Source: an uncultured Solirubrobacterales bacterium (GTDB lineage Bacteria; Actinomycetota; Thermoleophilia; Solirubrobacterales; 70-9). From it: a DNA stretch of 64,000 nt. Positions 11,468 through 20,246 of this stretch are shown one piece after another. Below the pieces are notes generated by a model. The model saw only the letters and a program-made list of their open reading frames with translations, ran no database searches and was not told the origin of the DNA. How positions within the stretch are numbered: the first letter of the stretch is position 1; the number at the start of each line of letters is the position of its first letter. Both the position numbers and the translations under genes were made by a program. The DNA is taken from positions 162,787 through 226,786 of the forward strand of contig CAVUXZ010000014.1 of assembly GCA_963745625.1 (NCBI GenBank), read 5' to 3'.

Positions 11468-12721
11468 CTACTTGACCTGGAGACGACTCCAGAGGCCGAA
11501 GTGGTCCGATGACCACAGACCGTTCGCGTAGGTGGTCGTCAGACCGCCCTTCTTGAACTTGATCTTCTTGCTGTTGGACATGATGTGGTCCACCCGGTGA
11601 GTGATCCCGGCGGTGCTCGGATCGCTCAGGTTCGGGTCCTGCAGGCAACATCCGAACGGAGGGGGCGTGAACGCCCGCTCGCTCCAGCCGCCGGCGAGCA
11701 GAGCCCGGTACGCGAGTGCGTCGCCGGGGTCCACCTGGTCGCCGTGCACCGGTGAATCGGAGTTGAAGTCGCCGACCAGGAGCGTCGGCAGCCTCGAGGT
11801 GGTCGGACCCCCCGGGGCGATCAGCTGCTTGGCCTGAGCCTCGCGGATCCCGCCCTTCGGGTAGGTCTTGCCGTCACTGCCGGTGTTGTTGGCGGCGCTG
11901 TCGAACGCCTCCAGATGGCTGTCGACGACGTGCACCTTCTTGCCGTTGACCTTGGCGTCGACCGCGGCCCAGCCGCGAGTCACGTCGACGTTGAGGACAC
12001 CTCCCACCTTGACGCGCAGCAGGGTGTTGAAAGTGCCGCTGCTCGCGTTGCTGATCTTGACGCCCTTGCGGACCAGGATCGCGTCGCGCATGGTGAGGCG
12101 CTCGTTATGGCAAACACCCGGTGTGGCGCAGGCACCAAGACCGCCTGTGCCCTGGTTGACCGGCAGCTCGTAGTCGAACTCGGTCTTGACGACCGCGATC
12201 TTGTACTGCAGCGGCTTGCTCTGCTTCTTCGCAGCACTTGCGCTGCCCTTCTTGCCGCTCTTCTTGTTGAGCTGGGTGAGCAGGTCGGTGAGGAAGTCAC
12301 CGCCCTGCGGGTCGGTCTGCGTGGCCTTGGGGGAGCCGGTGATCGCGCTCGGGTCATACGGGCCCGTCCGCCACCAGGCGCCTTCCTGGAGGCCGACGAT
12401 GTCGGGCTTCTGCTTGCGGATCTCATTGGCAAGCAGCGCCGCGCGCACCGAGGGGAACTTCGTTCGGTGCACCTGCTGCTCGATCTGGTACGCGGCATTG
12501 ACGGCGCCGTCCACCGTGGTGGCGTTGAGCGCTGGGCTCAGGTCCGCCCCTAGATACAGGTTCCGGGTCATCACGGTGAGCTGATGACCGCCCTTGTTGC
12601 CTTTGCCCTTCGCGTCGGCGGCGCCCGGGAGCAGCGTCAGGCTGAGGGCCATAACCAGCCCTGCCGTCAACGCCAGTCCGATGCGCCCCCGCGCCCGCGG
12701 GCGCCGATGTGCGTGACTCAA
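11468..12721 (-). CDS. secreted endonuclease/exonuclease/phosphatase (EEP) family protein
   Basis: Signal peptide, then EEP motifs VMTRNLYLG, DIVGLQE, LVGDFNS, SDHFGLW. TTG start with an AAGGAG RBS. Confidence 0.8.
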   Translation of the reverse strand: MSHAHRRPRARGRIGLALTAGLVMALSLTLLPGAADAKGKGNKGGHQLTVMTRNLYLGADLSPALNATTVDGAVNAAYQIEQQVHRTKFPSVRAALLANEIRKQKPDIVGLQEGAWWRTGPYDPSAITGSPKATQTDPQGGDFLTDLLTQLNKKSGKKGSASAAKKQSKPLQYKIAVVKTEFDYELPVNQGTGGLGACATPGVCHNERLTMRDAILVRKGVKISNASSGTFNTLLRVKVGGVLNVDVTRGWAAVDAKVNGKKVHVVDSHLEAFDSAANNTGSDGKTYPKGGIREAQAKQLIAPGGPTTSRLPTLLVGDFNSDSPVHGDQVDPGDALAYRALLAGGWSERAFTPPPFGCCLQDPNLSDPSTAGITHRVDHIMSNSKKIKFKKGGLTTTYANGLWSSDHFGLWSRLQVK

Positions 12722-12860
12722 AGAAACTCCTTTCCGTCGGGGCCCTTGCCCACGCGTCGGTGCGTGCGGACCCTCGAGTCCTTCCTCTCTGCCCTGCTAA
12801 CAACCCTATTTCAGTCGGAGTTGCGGGTGAATCCGCAATCCAGCTCAGAACTCGTAGGTA

Positions 12861-13253
12861 CTACTGACCCGTGCCGGCGACCTGGGAGACGAATGTGGCG
12901 ACCTCGTCGGCCTGCTGACCGCTGAGCACGCCCTTGGGCATGCGGCCATTGACCCCGTTGTTGATGGCGCTGAGCACTCGCGGCTTGATCGTCGCCGGCG
13001 CAGGGGCGCTGGCGCTCGGCGGGGCCAGCAGCTCATCCAGGTTAGGCCCGACGACGCCGTCGGTGCCCGCCTTGGCCAGGGTGTGACAGGCGCCGCAGTT
13101 GGTCACGAACAGGTCCTTGCCCGGTTGCAGGCTGGCCGCGACCTCCTCTGGCGAGGAGCTCTGCGAGCCCTGGTGGGTGAACGCCCAGGCCGGGACGCCG
13201 ACCCCCAGAAGCAGCACGACCAGCCCGAACATGACGAAGGTGCTCCGCTTCAT
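12861..13253 (-). CDS. membrane-anchored class I c-type cytochrome
   Basis: MKRSTFVMFGLVVLLLGVGVPAWA anchor or signal, CGACH haem-binding motif and a distal NGRMPKG Met. The start overlaps the nth stop in ATGA. Confidence 0.8.
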   Translation of the reverse strand: MKRSTFVMFGLVVLLLGVGVPAWAFTHQGSQSSSPEEVAASLQPGKDLFVTNCGACHTLAKAGTDGVVGPNLDELLAPPSASAPAPATIKPRVLSAINNGVNGRMPKGVLSGQQADEVATFVSQVAGTGQ

Positions 13254-14029
13254 TTCGCGCGGGGAACCATATAGGCGTCCGCCGCGCCGCTCTTGAAGAA
13301 GGGGCACATCCGGCGCAGCCCGCACTCGCCGCAGCGGGGGCGGGGGCGGCAGATTGCCCGCCCGTGCCGGATCAGGTTGACGTGGAGCTCGTAGGCGTCC
13401 TCCGGCGGGGTGATGGCGAGCATCTCGTTGTGCGCCTCCTCGAAGGGAGCGCCGAGCCGGAAGAGTCCGAGGCGCCCTCCGACCCGGTGCACGTGGGTGT
13501 CGACCGGGATCTCGGGGCGGCCGAAGGCGAAGATCATCACGCAGGCCGCCGTCTTGCGACCGACGCCCGGGAGGTCGTCGAGGTAGGAGAGCGCCTCCTC
13601 GCGCGGCGCCTCCGCCAGCCAGTCCAGGTCCGGATGGTCGCCCAGCCGCTCCAGGATCTCCTGGATCCGAGGGGCCTTGGTCACGCTCAGGCCGCCGGGT
13701 TTGATGGCCTCCTCCACTTCCTCGGCGGGCGCGTCGCGAACCTCCTCCCAGGTGGGGAACCGCTCGCGGAGGCGGGCGTAGGCAACGTCCCGGTTCCGGT
13801 CGTTGGTGTTCTGGGAGAGCACGGTTCGCACCAGCTCGGCGATCGGGTGCCCGTGTGGCTCATTGACGGGTTGCCCGTAGATCTCGCGGAGCCGGTCGCG
13901 GATCGCCAGCACGCGCCGTCGCGGCGGTCGCCTCCAGTCCGGGTCGCGCTTCGGCACGCGCGGCGGAGTTCCCGGAGGGAGCGTGGCGGCCCTGCCGTCC
14001 GCGAGTACGACCTTGGTGGGTAGCGGCAT
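13250..14029 (-). CDS. nth: endonuclease III (DNA glycosylase/AP lyase, 4Fe-4S)
   Basis: HhH-GPD pattern LPGVGRKTAACV...DTHVHRV and a C-terminal Cx6Cx2Cx5C cluster (CRPRPRCGECGLRRMC). Internal ATG at 14029. Confidence 0.9.
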   Translation of the reverse strand: MPLPTKVVLADGRAATLPPGTPPRVPKRDPDWRRPPRRRVLAIRDRLREIYGQPVNEPHGHPIAELVRTVLSQNTNDRNRDVAYARLRERFPTWEEVRDAPAEEVEEAIKPGGLSVTKAPRIQEILERLGDHPDLDWLAEAPREEALSYLDDLPGVGRKTAACVMIFAFGRPEIPVDTHVHRVGGRLGLFRLGAPFEEAHNEMLAITPPEDAYELHVNLIRHGRAICRPRPRCGECGLRRMCPFFKSGAADAYMVPRAK

Positions 14030-14924
14030 GACGCGAGGATATTCGTGGCGACCGGCGTGGATATCGTCCGCGCCCACCGTGGCCGAGATCGAGACGGGGA
14101 CCGTGCTGGTGGATGGCGTCTCCACCTTCTTCCGCAGCGTGAGCGGAGACGGTCCGCCCGCCGTCTTCGTCCACGGGAACCCCAGCCACTCGGCGGACTG
14201 GCAGCCCTTCCTCGAGCGCATCGACGGCCCCGCCCTGGCATTCGACCTCCCCGGCTGGGGGCACACGGCACGGCCCTCGCCGGCGGAGTTCGATTACTCG
14301 ATGTACGGGCTCGCCAGGTTCACGAGCCGCTTCCTGCAGCGGATGGCGGTGGACGAGTACTCGCTCGTCGTGCACGATTGGGGGACGGTCGGGCTGATCG
14401 CCGCCCAGGATGAGCCTGAGCGAGTGAGGCGCCTCGTGATCATCAATGCCGTGGCCTTGCTGCCGGGCTACCGCTGGCACCGGACCGCGCGGATCTGGAG
14501 GACGCGAGGCCTCGGCGAGCTTTCGCGTCGCCTGGCGACGAGACGGCTGGTCGACCTCGGTCTCCGCGAGTCACGTGCGGACTGGAGCCGGCACGAGGCC
14601 GCGTTCGTGGACGAGGTGCTCGCACAGCTGCGAGACCCCGCCGGTGTCCGGGCGATCCTGCGGCTCTACCGCTCCGCGGACCCCGAGCGTCTGGCGGCGG
14701 CAGGGGCGAGCCTTGGGTCGCTGGGCTGCCCGGCGCTGGTTGTCTGGGGCATGAAGGACCGCTACCTTTCCAGTCGCTTCGGCGCCGCCTACGCGGCCGC
14801 CCTGCCGGACTCGGAGCTGATCGAGCTCCCCGAAGCCGGGCACTGGCCCTGGATCGACGCCCCCGAGGTCGTCGATCGGGTGATCTGGTGGCTCGAGGGC
14901 GACGAAGAGTTCCGGCCCGCGTGA
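14028..14924 (+). CDS. alpha/beta-fold hydrolase (haloalkane dehalogenase/epoxide hydrolase-like)
   Basis: FVHGNPSHSADW, nucleophile-elbow-like VVHDWGT and a C-terminal GHWPW. The start is uncertain (ATG 14028 or GTG 14079). Confidence 0.75.
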   Translation: MTRGYSWRPAWISSAPTVAEIETGTVLVDGVSTFFRSVSGDGPPAVFVHGNPSHSADWQPFLERIDGPALAFDLPGWGHTARPSPAEFDYSMYGLARFTSRFLQRMAVDEYSLVVHDWGTVGLIAAQDEPERVRRLVIINAVALLPGYRWHRTARIWRTRGLGELSRRLATRRLVDLGLRESRADWSRHEAAFVDEVLAQLRDPAGVRAILRLYRSADPERLAAAGASLGSLGCPALVVWGMKDRYLSSRFGAAYAAALPDSELIELPEAGHWPWIDAPEVVDRVIWWLEGDEEFRPA

Positions 14925-14961
14925 CGAAGTGTCCTCAGCGGGTTACTAGAATCTTCCGGTC

Positions 14962-15720
14962 ATGCGTGCGGCGATCGACAAAACCGGCAGTTGGCTACCG
15001 CAGGGTTACGGCGACGCGGCCCGGCAGCTCAGCCTGTTCGTGGTCGCGGAGCTCTGCTACGAGGCCGTGCGTGGCGTCGCCGACGGCCAGCGGGCGACCG
15101 CCATCGCCAACGGGCAGCACGTGATCTCGTTCGAGAAGAGCATCCACGCCTTCTTCGAGCCGAACCTGCAGAAGGTGTTCATCGATCACCGCTGGATCAT
15201 CGACTTCGCCAACTTCATGTACATGAACAGCCACTTCGTGGTGACGACCGCGTTCCTGGTCTGGCTCTACATCTTCAGGAACCAGAACTTCTACTTCGTC
15301 CGGAACATGTTCATGGTCGCGATGGGGTTGGCGGTGATCGGCTATGCGCTCCTGCCCACGGCGCCCCCGCGGTTGTTCGACGAGTTCACCGACACGGTCA
15401 CGAAGTACGCCCAGGTCAATCACGACTCCGGCCTGGTGAAGCTGTTCATCAATCCGTATGCGGCGATCCCCAGCATGCACGTGGCCTTCTCCACCATGAT
15501 CGGCGTCACCGGCGCCCTGATCTCGAGGCACACCATCAGCAAGATCTTCTGGTGCGCCTATCCGGTGCTCGTCTTCTGGGTCGTCATCGTCACCGCGAAC
15601 CACTTCTGGGTTGACGGCGCCTTCGGCCTGCTCGTCGCAGTGCTGTCGGCCGTCACTGCGAGGCTCATCCTGGCCCGCGTCCGGCCCGCCGCATGGTCCT
15701 GGCGGCCGGCAACAGCTTGA
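14962..15720 (+). CDS. PAP2-superfamily membrane protein, Aur1/Ipt1-like (phosphoinositol/phospholipid head-group transferase-like), paralog 1
   Basis: Polytopic, with motifs LLPTAPPR, NPYAAIPSMHVAFS and NHFWVD (HxxxD) in the PAP2 C2/C3 arrangement. Paralogous to 17357-18166. Confidence 0.65.
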   Translation: MRAAIDKTGSWLPQGYGDAARQLSLFVVAELCYEAVRGVADGQRATAIANGQHVISFEKSIHAFFEPNLQKVFIDHRWIIDFANFMYMNSHFVVTTAFLVWLYIFRNQNFYFVRNMFMVAMGLAVIGYALLPTAPPRLFDEFTDTVTKYAQVNHDSGLVKLFINPYAAIPSMHVAFSTMIGVTGALISRHTISKIFWCAYPVLVFWVVIVTANHFWVDGAFGLLVAVLSAVTARLILARVRPAAWSWRPATA

Positions 15721-17360
15721 GCGCACGAGACATGCTTCGCCGCTACGGCGAGCCGGGCCTCGTGGCCGCTGCCCTCGGCGTGGCCTACCTGATCATCCAG
15801 CCGGACAGCGCCGATCACGCCGCCCAGATCTACCGGTCGGACCTGTTCGCGAACCAGGGGCTGGTGACCTGGGACAACGGCTGGTTCGGCGGCCACCATC
15901 TCCCTGGCTACGGGGTTCTGCTACCCGTGCTCGGGGGTCTGATCGGGCCGCGGCTGGTCGGAGTGGCGGCGGCCATCGTTGCGGCGCTGCTCTTCTCGTC
16001 GATCGCGTACGACCGCTTCGACGAGCGTGCCCGCCTCGGCGTGATCTGGTTCGCGACCGCGACGGCGATCAGCCTGTTCACCGGGCGCCTCACCTTCGCT
16101 CTCGGCGTGGCGGTCGCGCTCTGCGCGGTGCTCGCGGCCCAGCGGGGTCACCGCTGGCTGGCGATCCTGTTCGCCGCGGCGACTCCCCTGGCGAGCCCGG
16201 TCGCCTCGCTGTTCCTGGCCTGCGGAGTGGTCGCGTACGCGATCGCGGAACGCAGCCGCAGGGGGCTCGAGCTCGCCGTCGTCAGCGTCGGCGTCGCGCT
16301 GCTGATCTCCGCGGCCTTCCCCGAGGGAGGCACCGAGCCCTTCGACTTCTCGAGCTACGAGCCGGCAATCCTGGTGGCGATTGCCGTCTTCGTCGCGCTC
16401 CCGCCCGAGGAGCGGCTGCTCCGTTACGGCGTCGCCGCCTATGGGGCCGCGCTGACGGCGGCTTTCCTGATCCAGACCCCGATGGGCGGAAACGCCACCC
16501 GAATGGGATCGCTGCTGCTCGGGCCGGTCCTCGCCTTCGGCCTCTGGCGCCGCCAGCGTTTCGCGCTGATCCTGCTCGTGCCGGTCCTGATCTACTGGCA
16601 GTGGTCGCCGGTGGTGCGGGACCTGGAGGAGGTGAGCGCGCAGCCCTCGGTGAGCGCCGGCTACTACGCACCACTCATCGACTTCCTGCGCGGTCAGCCG
16701 CATCGCGATTCCCAGCGGGTGGAGGTTCTCCCGGAGGAGCATCACTGGGAGTCGGCCTACGTGCCCAACGGGATCTACATAGCAAGAGGCTGGGAGCGCC
16801 AGCTCGACCGCAAGCTCAATCCGCTCTTCTACCAGTCAGCCCCGCTGACCGGGGCGGAGTACCGCAGCTGGCTCGACGACCTCGGGGTCGGCTATGTGGC
16901 GGTCCCTCGGGCGCCGCTCGACTACGCGGCCCTGGGCGAGAAGCGGCTGATCAAGAAGGGCCCGCCCTCCTACCTGGAGCAGGTCTTCCACAGCAAGAAC
17001 TGGACCGTCTACGCGGTGCGGCATCCGTCGCCGCTCGCCATCGGCGGAACGATGGTGAAGCTGACGCCCCAGGGCTTCGTGGTTGACGCGAGCCAGCCGG
17101 GCACCGTGCTCGTCCGGGTGCACTGGACGCCCTACTGGTCGATCGAGCACGGCAGCGGCTGCGTCGAGCAGGCGCCGGGCGGCTACACGATGATCGACGT
17201 CACCACGCCGGGTCGCTTCCGCGTCGGCATTGACTTCACGCCCTGGCGGGCCGTCAGCTCGGGCCCGCGCTGTCACCAGGACCCGGTGATCCAGTACGGG
17301 ACGGCGCAGTCCTCGGCGGGGCGGGCGGCCGCCATCGCCCGCATGGGCGGGGCCCGGTGA
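15693..17360 (+). CDS. polytopic membrane protein with a ~200-aa C-terminal soluble domain, GT-C-like glycosyltransferase candidate
   Basis: About 12 hydrophobic segments, then a globular tail. An acidic first loop (QPDSADHAAQIYRSDLF...WDNGWFGGHH) recalls GT-C enzymes. Alternative start ATG 15732. The stop overlaps the next gene's start (GTGA). Confidence 0.45.
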   Translation: MVLAAGNSLSARDMLRRYGEPGLVAAALGVAYLIIQPDSADHAAQIYRSDLFANQGLVTWDNGWFGGHHLPGYGVLLPVLGGLIGPRLVGVAAAIVAALLFSSIAYDRFDERARLGVIWFATATAISLFTGRLTFALGVAVALCAVLAAQRGHRWLAILFAAATPLASPVASLFLACGVVAYAIAERSRRGLELAVVSVGVALLISAAFPEGGTEPFDFSSYEPAILVAIAVFVALPPEERLLRYGVAAYGAALTAAFLIQTPMGGNATRMGSLLLGPVLAFGLWRRQRFALILLVPVLIYWQWSPVVRDLEEVSAQPSVSAGYYAPLIDFLRGQPHRDSQRVEVLPEEHHWESAYVPNGIYIARGWERQLDRKLNPLFYQSAPLTGAEYRSWLDDLGVGYVAVPRAPLDYAALGEKRLIKKGPPSYLEQVFHSKNWTVYAVRHPSPLAIGGTMVKLTPQGFVVDASQPGTVLVRVHWTPYWSIEHGSGCVEQAPGGYTMIDVTTPGRFRVGIDFTPWRAVSSGPRCHQDPVIQYGTAQSSAGRAAAIARMGGAR

Positions 17361-18166
17361 CCATCGCCGAGCTGCGTCGACGTTTCCTCCCCCGCGGGCC
17401 GCTGGACCTCGCGATCCAGCTGGTGCTGCTCGCCGCCGCCTATTGGGCCTGGCGCCACGCCCGCGGCGCGGTCGACGGCAGCATGGGGCTCTCGTTCTCC
17501 CACGCCCGTGACCTGGTCAGCACGGAGCGCTCGCTCGGCCTGCTGATCGAGCCGAGCGTCCAGCACTGGGCGGTGCACGCGGGCTGGCCGGCCGACGTAG
17601 CCCGCTGGGGCTACGCCAACCTCCACTTCAAGGGGAGCTGCCTGATGCTCGCCGTCCTCTACTTCGGCTACCGCGGCAGCTTCGGCTTCGTCCGGAATGC
17701 GGTCTTCGCCGCGATGGCCATCTCCGTCATCGGCTATGCGCTTTTCCCGACCGCGCCGCCGCGGTTCCTCCCCGAGCTCGGACTCGATCCCTCGACCCAC
17801 ATAACCGGCAACAACCCGCTGCTCTCGAGCCCGGGTGATCCTCTCTTCAATCCGTTCGCGGCCGTGCCCTCGATGCACGTCGGCCTCTCGGTGATCCTGG
17901 CCTGGTCGCTGGCGATGCTGGTACGCCCACCGGTGATTCGCGGGCTGCTCTTCGCCTATCCACTGCTGATGACCTTCGTCGTGGTCGCCAGCGGCAACCA
18001 TTTCTGGCTCGACGTCGTCTTCGGCCTGCTCACGGCCGCGGTCGCGACAGGCGTCGCTATCCTCCTGGCCCGGCTCAATCCGGACTGGTCGTTCGGCGGC
18101 TTCCAGCGCCGTTCACCGTCTGGAGAAGTGGAACCCCAGCCGGAGCCCGAGGCAGCGCCCGCGTAG
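17357..18166 (+). CDS. PAP2-superfamily membrane protein, Aur1/Ipt1-like, paralog 2
   Basis: ALFPTAPPR, NPFAAVPSMHVGLS, GNHFWLD: the same motif set and spacing as 14962-15720. Confidence 0.65.
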   Translation: MTIAELRRRFLPRGPLDLAIQLVLLAAAYWAWRHARGAVDGSMGLSFSHARDLVSTERSLGLLIEPSVQHWAVHAGWPADVARWGYANLHFKGSCLMLAVLYFGYRGSFGFVRNAVFAAMAISVIGYALFPTAPPRFLPELGLDPSTHITGNNPLLSSPGDPLFNPFAAVPSMHVGLSVILAWSLAMLVRPPVIRGLLFAYPLLMTFVVVASGNHFWLDVVFGLLTAAVATGVAILLARLNPDWSFGGFQRRSPSGEVEPQPEPEAAPA

Positions 18167-18178
18167 GGCCAATCCCCG

Positions 18179-18880
18179 ATGAGCATCGACCAGCGAGACC
18201 CTCCCCGCAACGGGTCAGCCGCGCCCGCGGCTCGACCGACCGCCGCGGCGGAGCTCTCAGCCACGGTCCGCGACCGCCTGATCGAGTCGCGCCTCACCCC
18301 GAACGCGATCTCGATGGTCGGCCTGATCGGCAACCTGGCCGCCGCCGTGCTGATCTGGCAGGGCTTTTATTTCCTCGGTGGCGTCGCCTTCATCATCGGC
18401 TCGGTGATGGATACGCTCGACGGGCGCTATGCGCGCGCCTCGGGCAAGGGAACGCTCTTCGGCGCTTTTCTCGACTCGACGCTCGACCGGGTTGAGGAGG
18501 GGCTGGTGCTCACCGCCGTCGCCTATCGATTCGCCCTCTCCGGCGACGAGTTCGCCGCCGCGATGTGCGTGGTCGTGGTGCTGGGCTCGCTGATGGTCTC
18601 GTACACGCGGGCGCGGGCCGAGGCGCTTGGCGTCGAGTGCAAGGTCGGGTTGGCCACGCGCCCGGTCCGGGTAGTCATACTCTCGATCGGCCTCGTTTTT
18701 GCGAAGGGAGCCGGAGTGTTCGATGCAGATCTGCTCGCCCCGGCCATCTACGCTATGGCGGCGCTGACGGCTGTCACCGTGGTACAGCGTGTATGGCACG
18801 TGAGGAACGAGCTCAAGATGCGCGGCGCGGATGTCCAGCAGGCGCCCGTCGAGAACTCCGTTCCCGCCGACGACGTGTAA
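18179..18880 (+). CDS. CDP-alcohol phosphatidyltransferase, PgsA1-like (phosphatidylinositol-phosphate synthase-like)
   Basis: [30 protein letters not shown] fits D-x2-DG-x2-AR-x8-G-x3-D-x3-[12 protein letters not shown] and a TVVQRVWHV tail resemble mycobacterial PgsA1 as I recall it. Confidence 0.85.
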   Translation: MSIDQRDPPRNGSAAPAARPTAAAELSATVRDRLIESRLTPNAISMVGLIGNLAAAVLIWQGFYFLGGVAFIIGSVMDTLDGRYARASGKGTLFGAFLDSTLDRVEEGLVLTAVAYRFALSGDEFAAAMCVVVVLGSLMVSYTRARAEALGVECKVGLATRPVRVVILSIGLVFAKGAGVFDADLLAPAIYAMAALTAVTVVQRVWHVRNELKMRGADVQQAPVENSVPADDV

Positions 18881-18942
18881 CCAGGCGGCAGCGCAAGTGT
18901 GATTTCAAAGCTGAGTCTCGTTACCTAGGAGGATTCCCAGAG

Positions 18943-20127
18943 ATGAGCACCGTGAATGGAAGAGCCAACGGCGCCAGCCGCAATGGCGGCCAGGACGAGA
19001 AGGTCCGGGTCGCGATCGTCGGCGTAGGCAACTGCGCGAGCTCTTTCGTGCAGGGCGTCCAGTACTACCAGGACGCCGATCCCGCCGAGCAGGTTCCGGG
19101 CCTCATGCATGTGGATCTGGGCGGCTACCACATCAGCGACATCGAGTTCACAGCCGCATTCGACATCGATGCCGACAAGGTCGGGAAGGACCTCTCGGAG
19201 GCGATCTTCTCCGGCCAGAACAACACCTATGTGTTCTCCGAGGTGCCGAACCTGGGGGTAAAGGTCCATCGCGGCATGACCCACGACGGCCTCGGCAAGT
19301 ACCTGAAGGAGAAGATCACCAAGGCCCCGGGCCAGACCGCAGACATCGTCGGGATCCTCCAGGACACCCTGACGGACGTGCTCGTCTGCTACCTGCCGGT
19401 CGGCTCCGAGCAGGCGACCAAGTGGTACGTCGAGCAGGCGCTCGCCGCCGGCGTGGGCTTCGTCAACTGTCTGCCCGTCTTCATCGCCCGCGAGGACTAC
19501 TGGGATCGGCGCTTCGAGGAGGCCGGCCTGCCGATCATCGGCGATGACATCAAGTCCCAGGTCGGCGCGACGATCGTTCACCGCCAGCTGGCCAGGCTGT
19601 TTGCCGACCGCGGCGTGCGCATGGAGCGCACCAGTCAGCTCAACGTCGGCGGGAACATGGACTTCTACAACATGCTCGAGCGCGAGCGGCTCGAGTCAAA
19701 GAAGATCTCGAAGACCAACGCGGTCACCTCGATAATGGACCACGAGCTGCCCGCCGAGGACGTCTACATCGGCCCCTCGGACTACGTGCCGTGGCTGACC
19801 GACCGCAAGTGGGCTCACATCAGGGTCGAGGGCAGGTCGTTCGGCGATGTCCCTCTCAACCTCGAGCTCAAGCTGGAGGTCTGGGACTCCCCGAACTCAG
19901 CCGGCATCGTCATCGACGCAGTCCGGATCGTGAAGCTGGCGCTGAACCACGGCCTCACGGGCCAGCTGGATGGCCCCTCGAGCTACCTGATGAAGTCGCC
20001 GCACAACCAGCGGCCCGATCCGGTGGCGCGCGAGATGACCGAGGAGTTCATCGGCGAGTACGCCCGGCAGCGCGGCGCGCCTGCGGGCAGGGCGAACAAC
20101 AAGACCAAGGCCAAATCGAAGTCCTAG
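18943..20127 (+). CDS. ino1: myo-inositol-1-phosphate synthase
   Basis: [22 protein letters not shown] Rossmann start and later [23 protein letters not shown] motifs typical of actinobacterial Ino1. AGGAGG RBS 10 nt before the ATG at 18943. Confidence 0.92.
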   Translation: MSTVNGRANGASRNGGQDEKVRVAIVGVGNCASSFVQGVQYYQDADPAEQVPGLMHVDLGGYHISDIEFTAAFDIDADKVGKDLSEAIFSGQNNTYVFSEVPNLGVKVHRGMTHDGLGKYLKEKITKAPGQTADIVGILQDTLTDVLVCYLPVGSEQATKWYVEQALAAGVGFVNCLPVFIAREDYWDRRFEEAGLPIIGDDIKSQVGATIVHRQLARLFADRGVRMERTSQLNVGGNMDFYNMLERERLESKKISKTNAVTSIMDHELPAEDVYIGPSDYVPWLTDRKWAHIRVEGRSFGDVPLNLELKLEVWDSPNSAGIVIDAVRIVKLALNHGLTGQLDGPSSYLMKSPHNQRPDPVAREMTEEFIGEYARQRGAPAGRANNKTKAKSKS

Positions 20128-20143
20128 GCGTCGCGGTACTCAA

Positions 20144-20229
20144 GGGCCGGCGGCGGTGGCCGTCGTGCGAGGCTGCGTCCGCAGCAGCGAGCAGTAGGCG
20201 GCTGCCGCCGTCGGCCCTGCGTCCCGCCG
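20144..20229. repeat. GC-rich dispersed repeat, copy A
   Basis: gggccggcg..gtgcgaggctgcgtccgcagcagcgagcagtaggcggctgccgccgtcggccc recurs at 57255-57339 and 57346-57404 with few mismatches. It lies in the intergenic gap between ino1 and the GT4-PHP gene. Confidence 0.7.
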
Positions 20230-20246
20230 TCCCCTAAGCTCGGCTG

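Noticed and set aside
15611-17086. 491-aa alternate-frame ORF inside the GT-C-like gene, and similar ones at 14991-15614 and 39910-41055
   Set aside because: Extreme Arg/Pro/Gly content. The overlapping frame encodes coherent TM helices.
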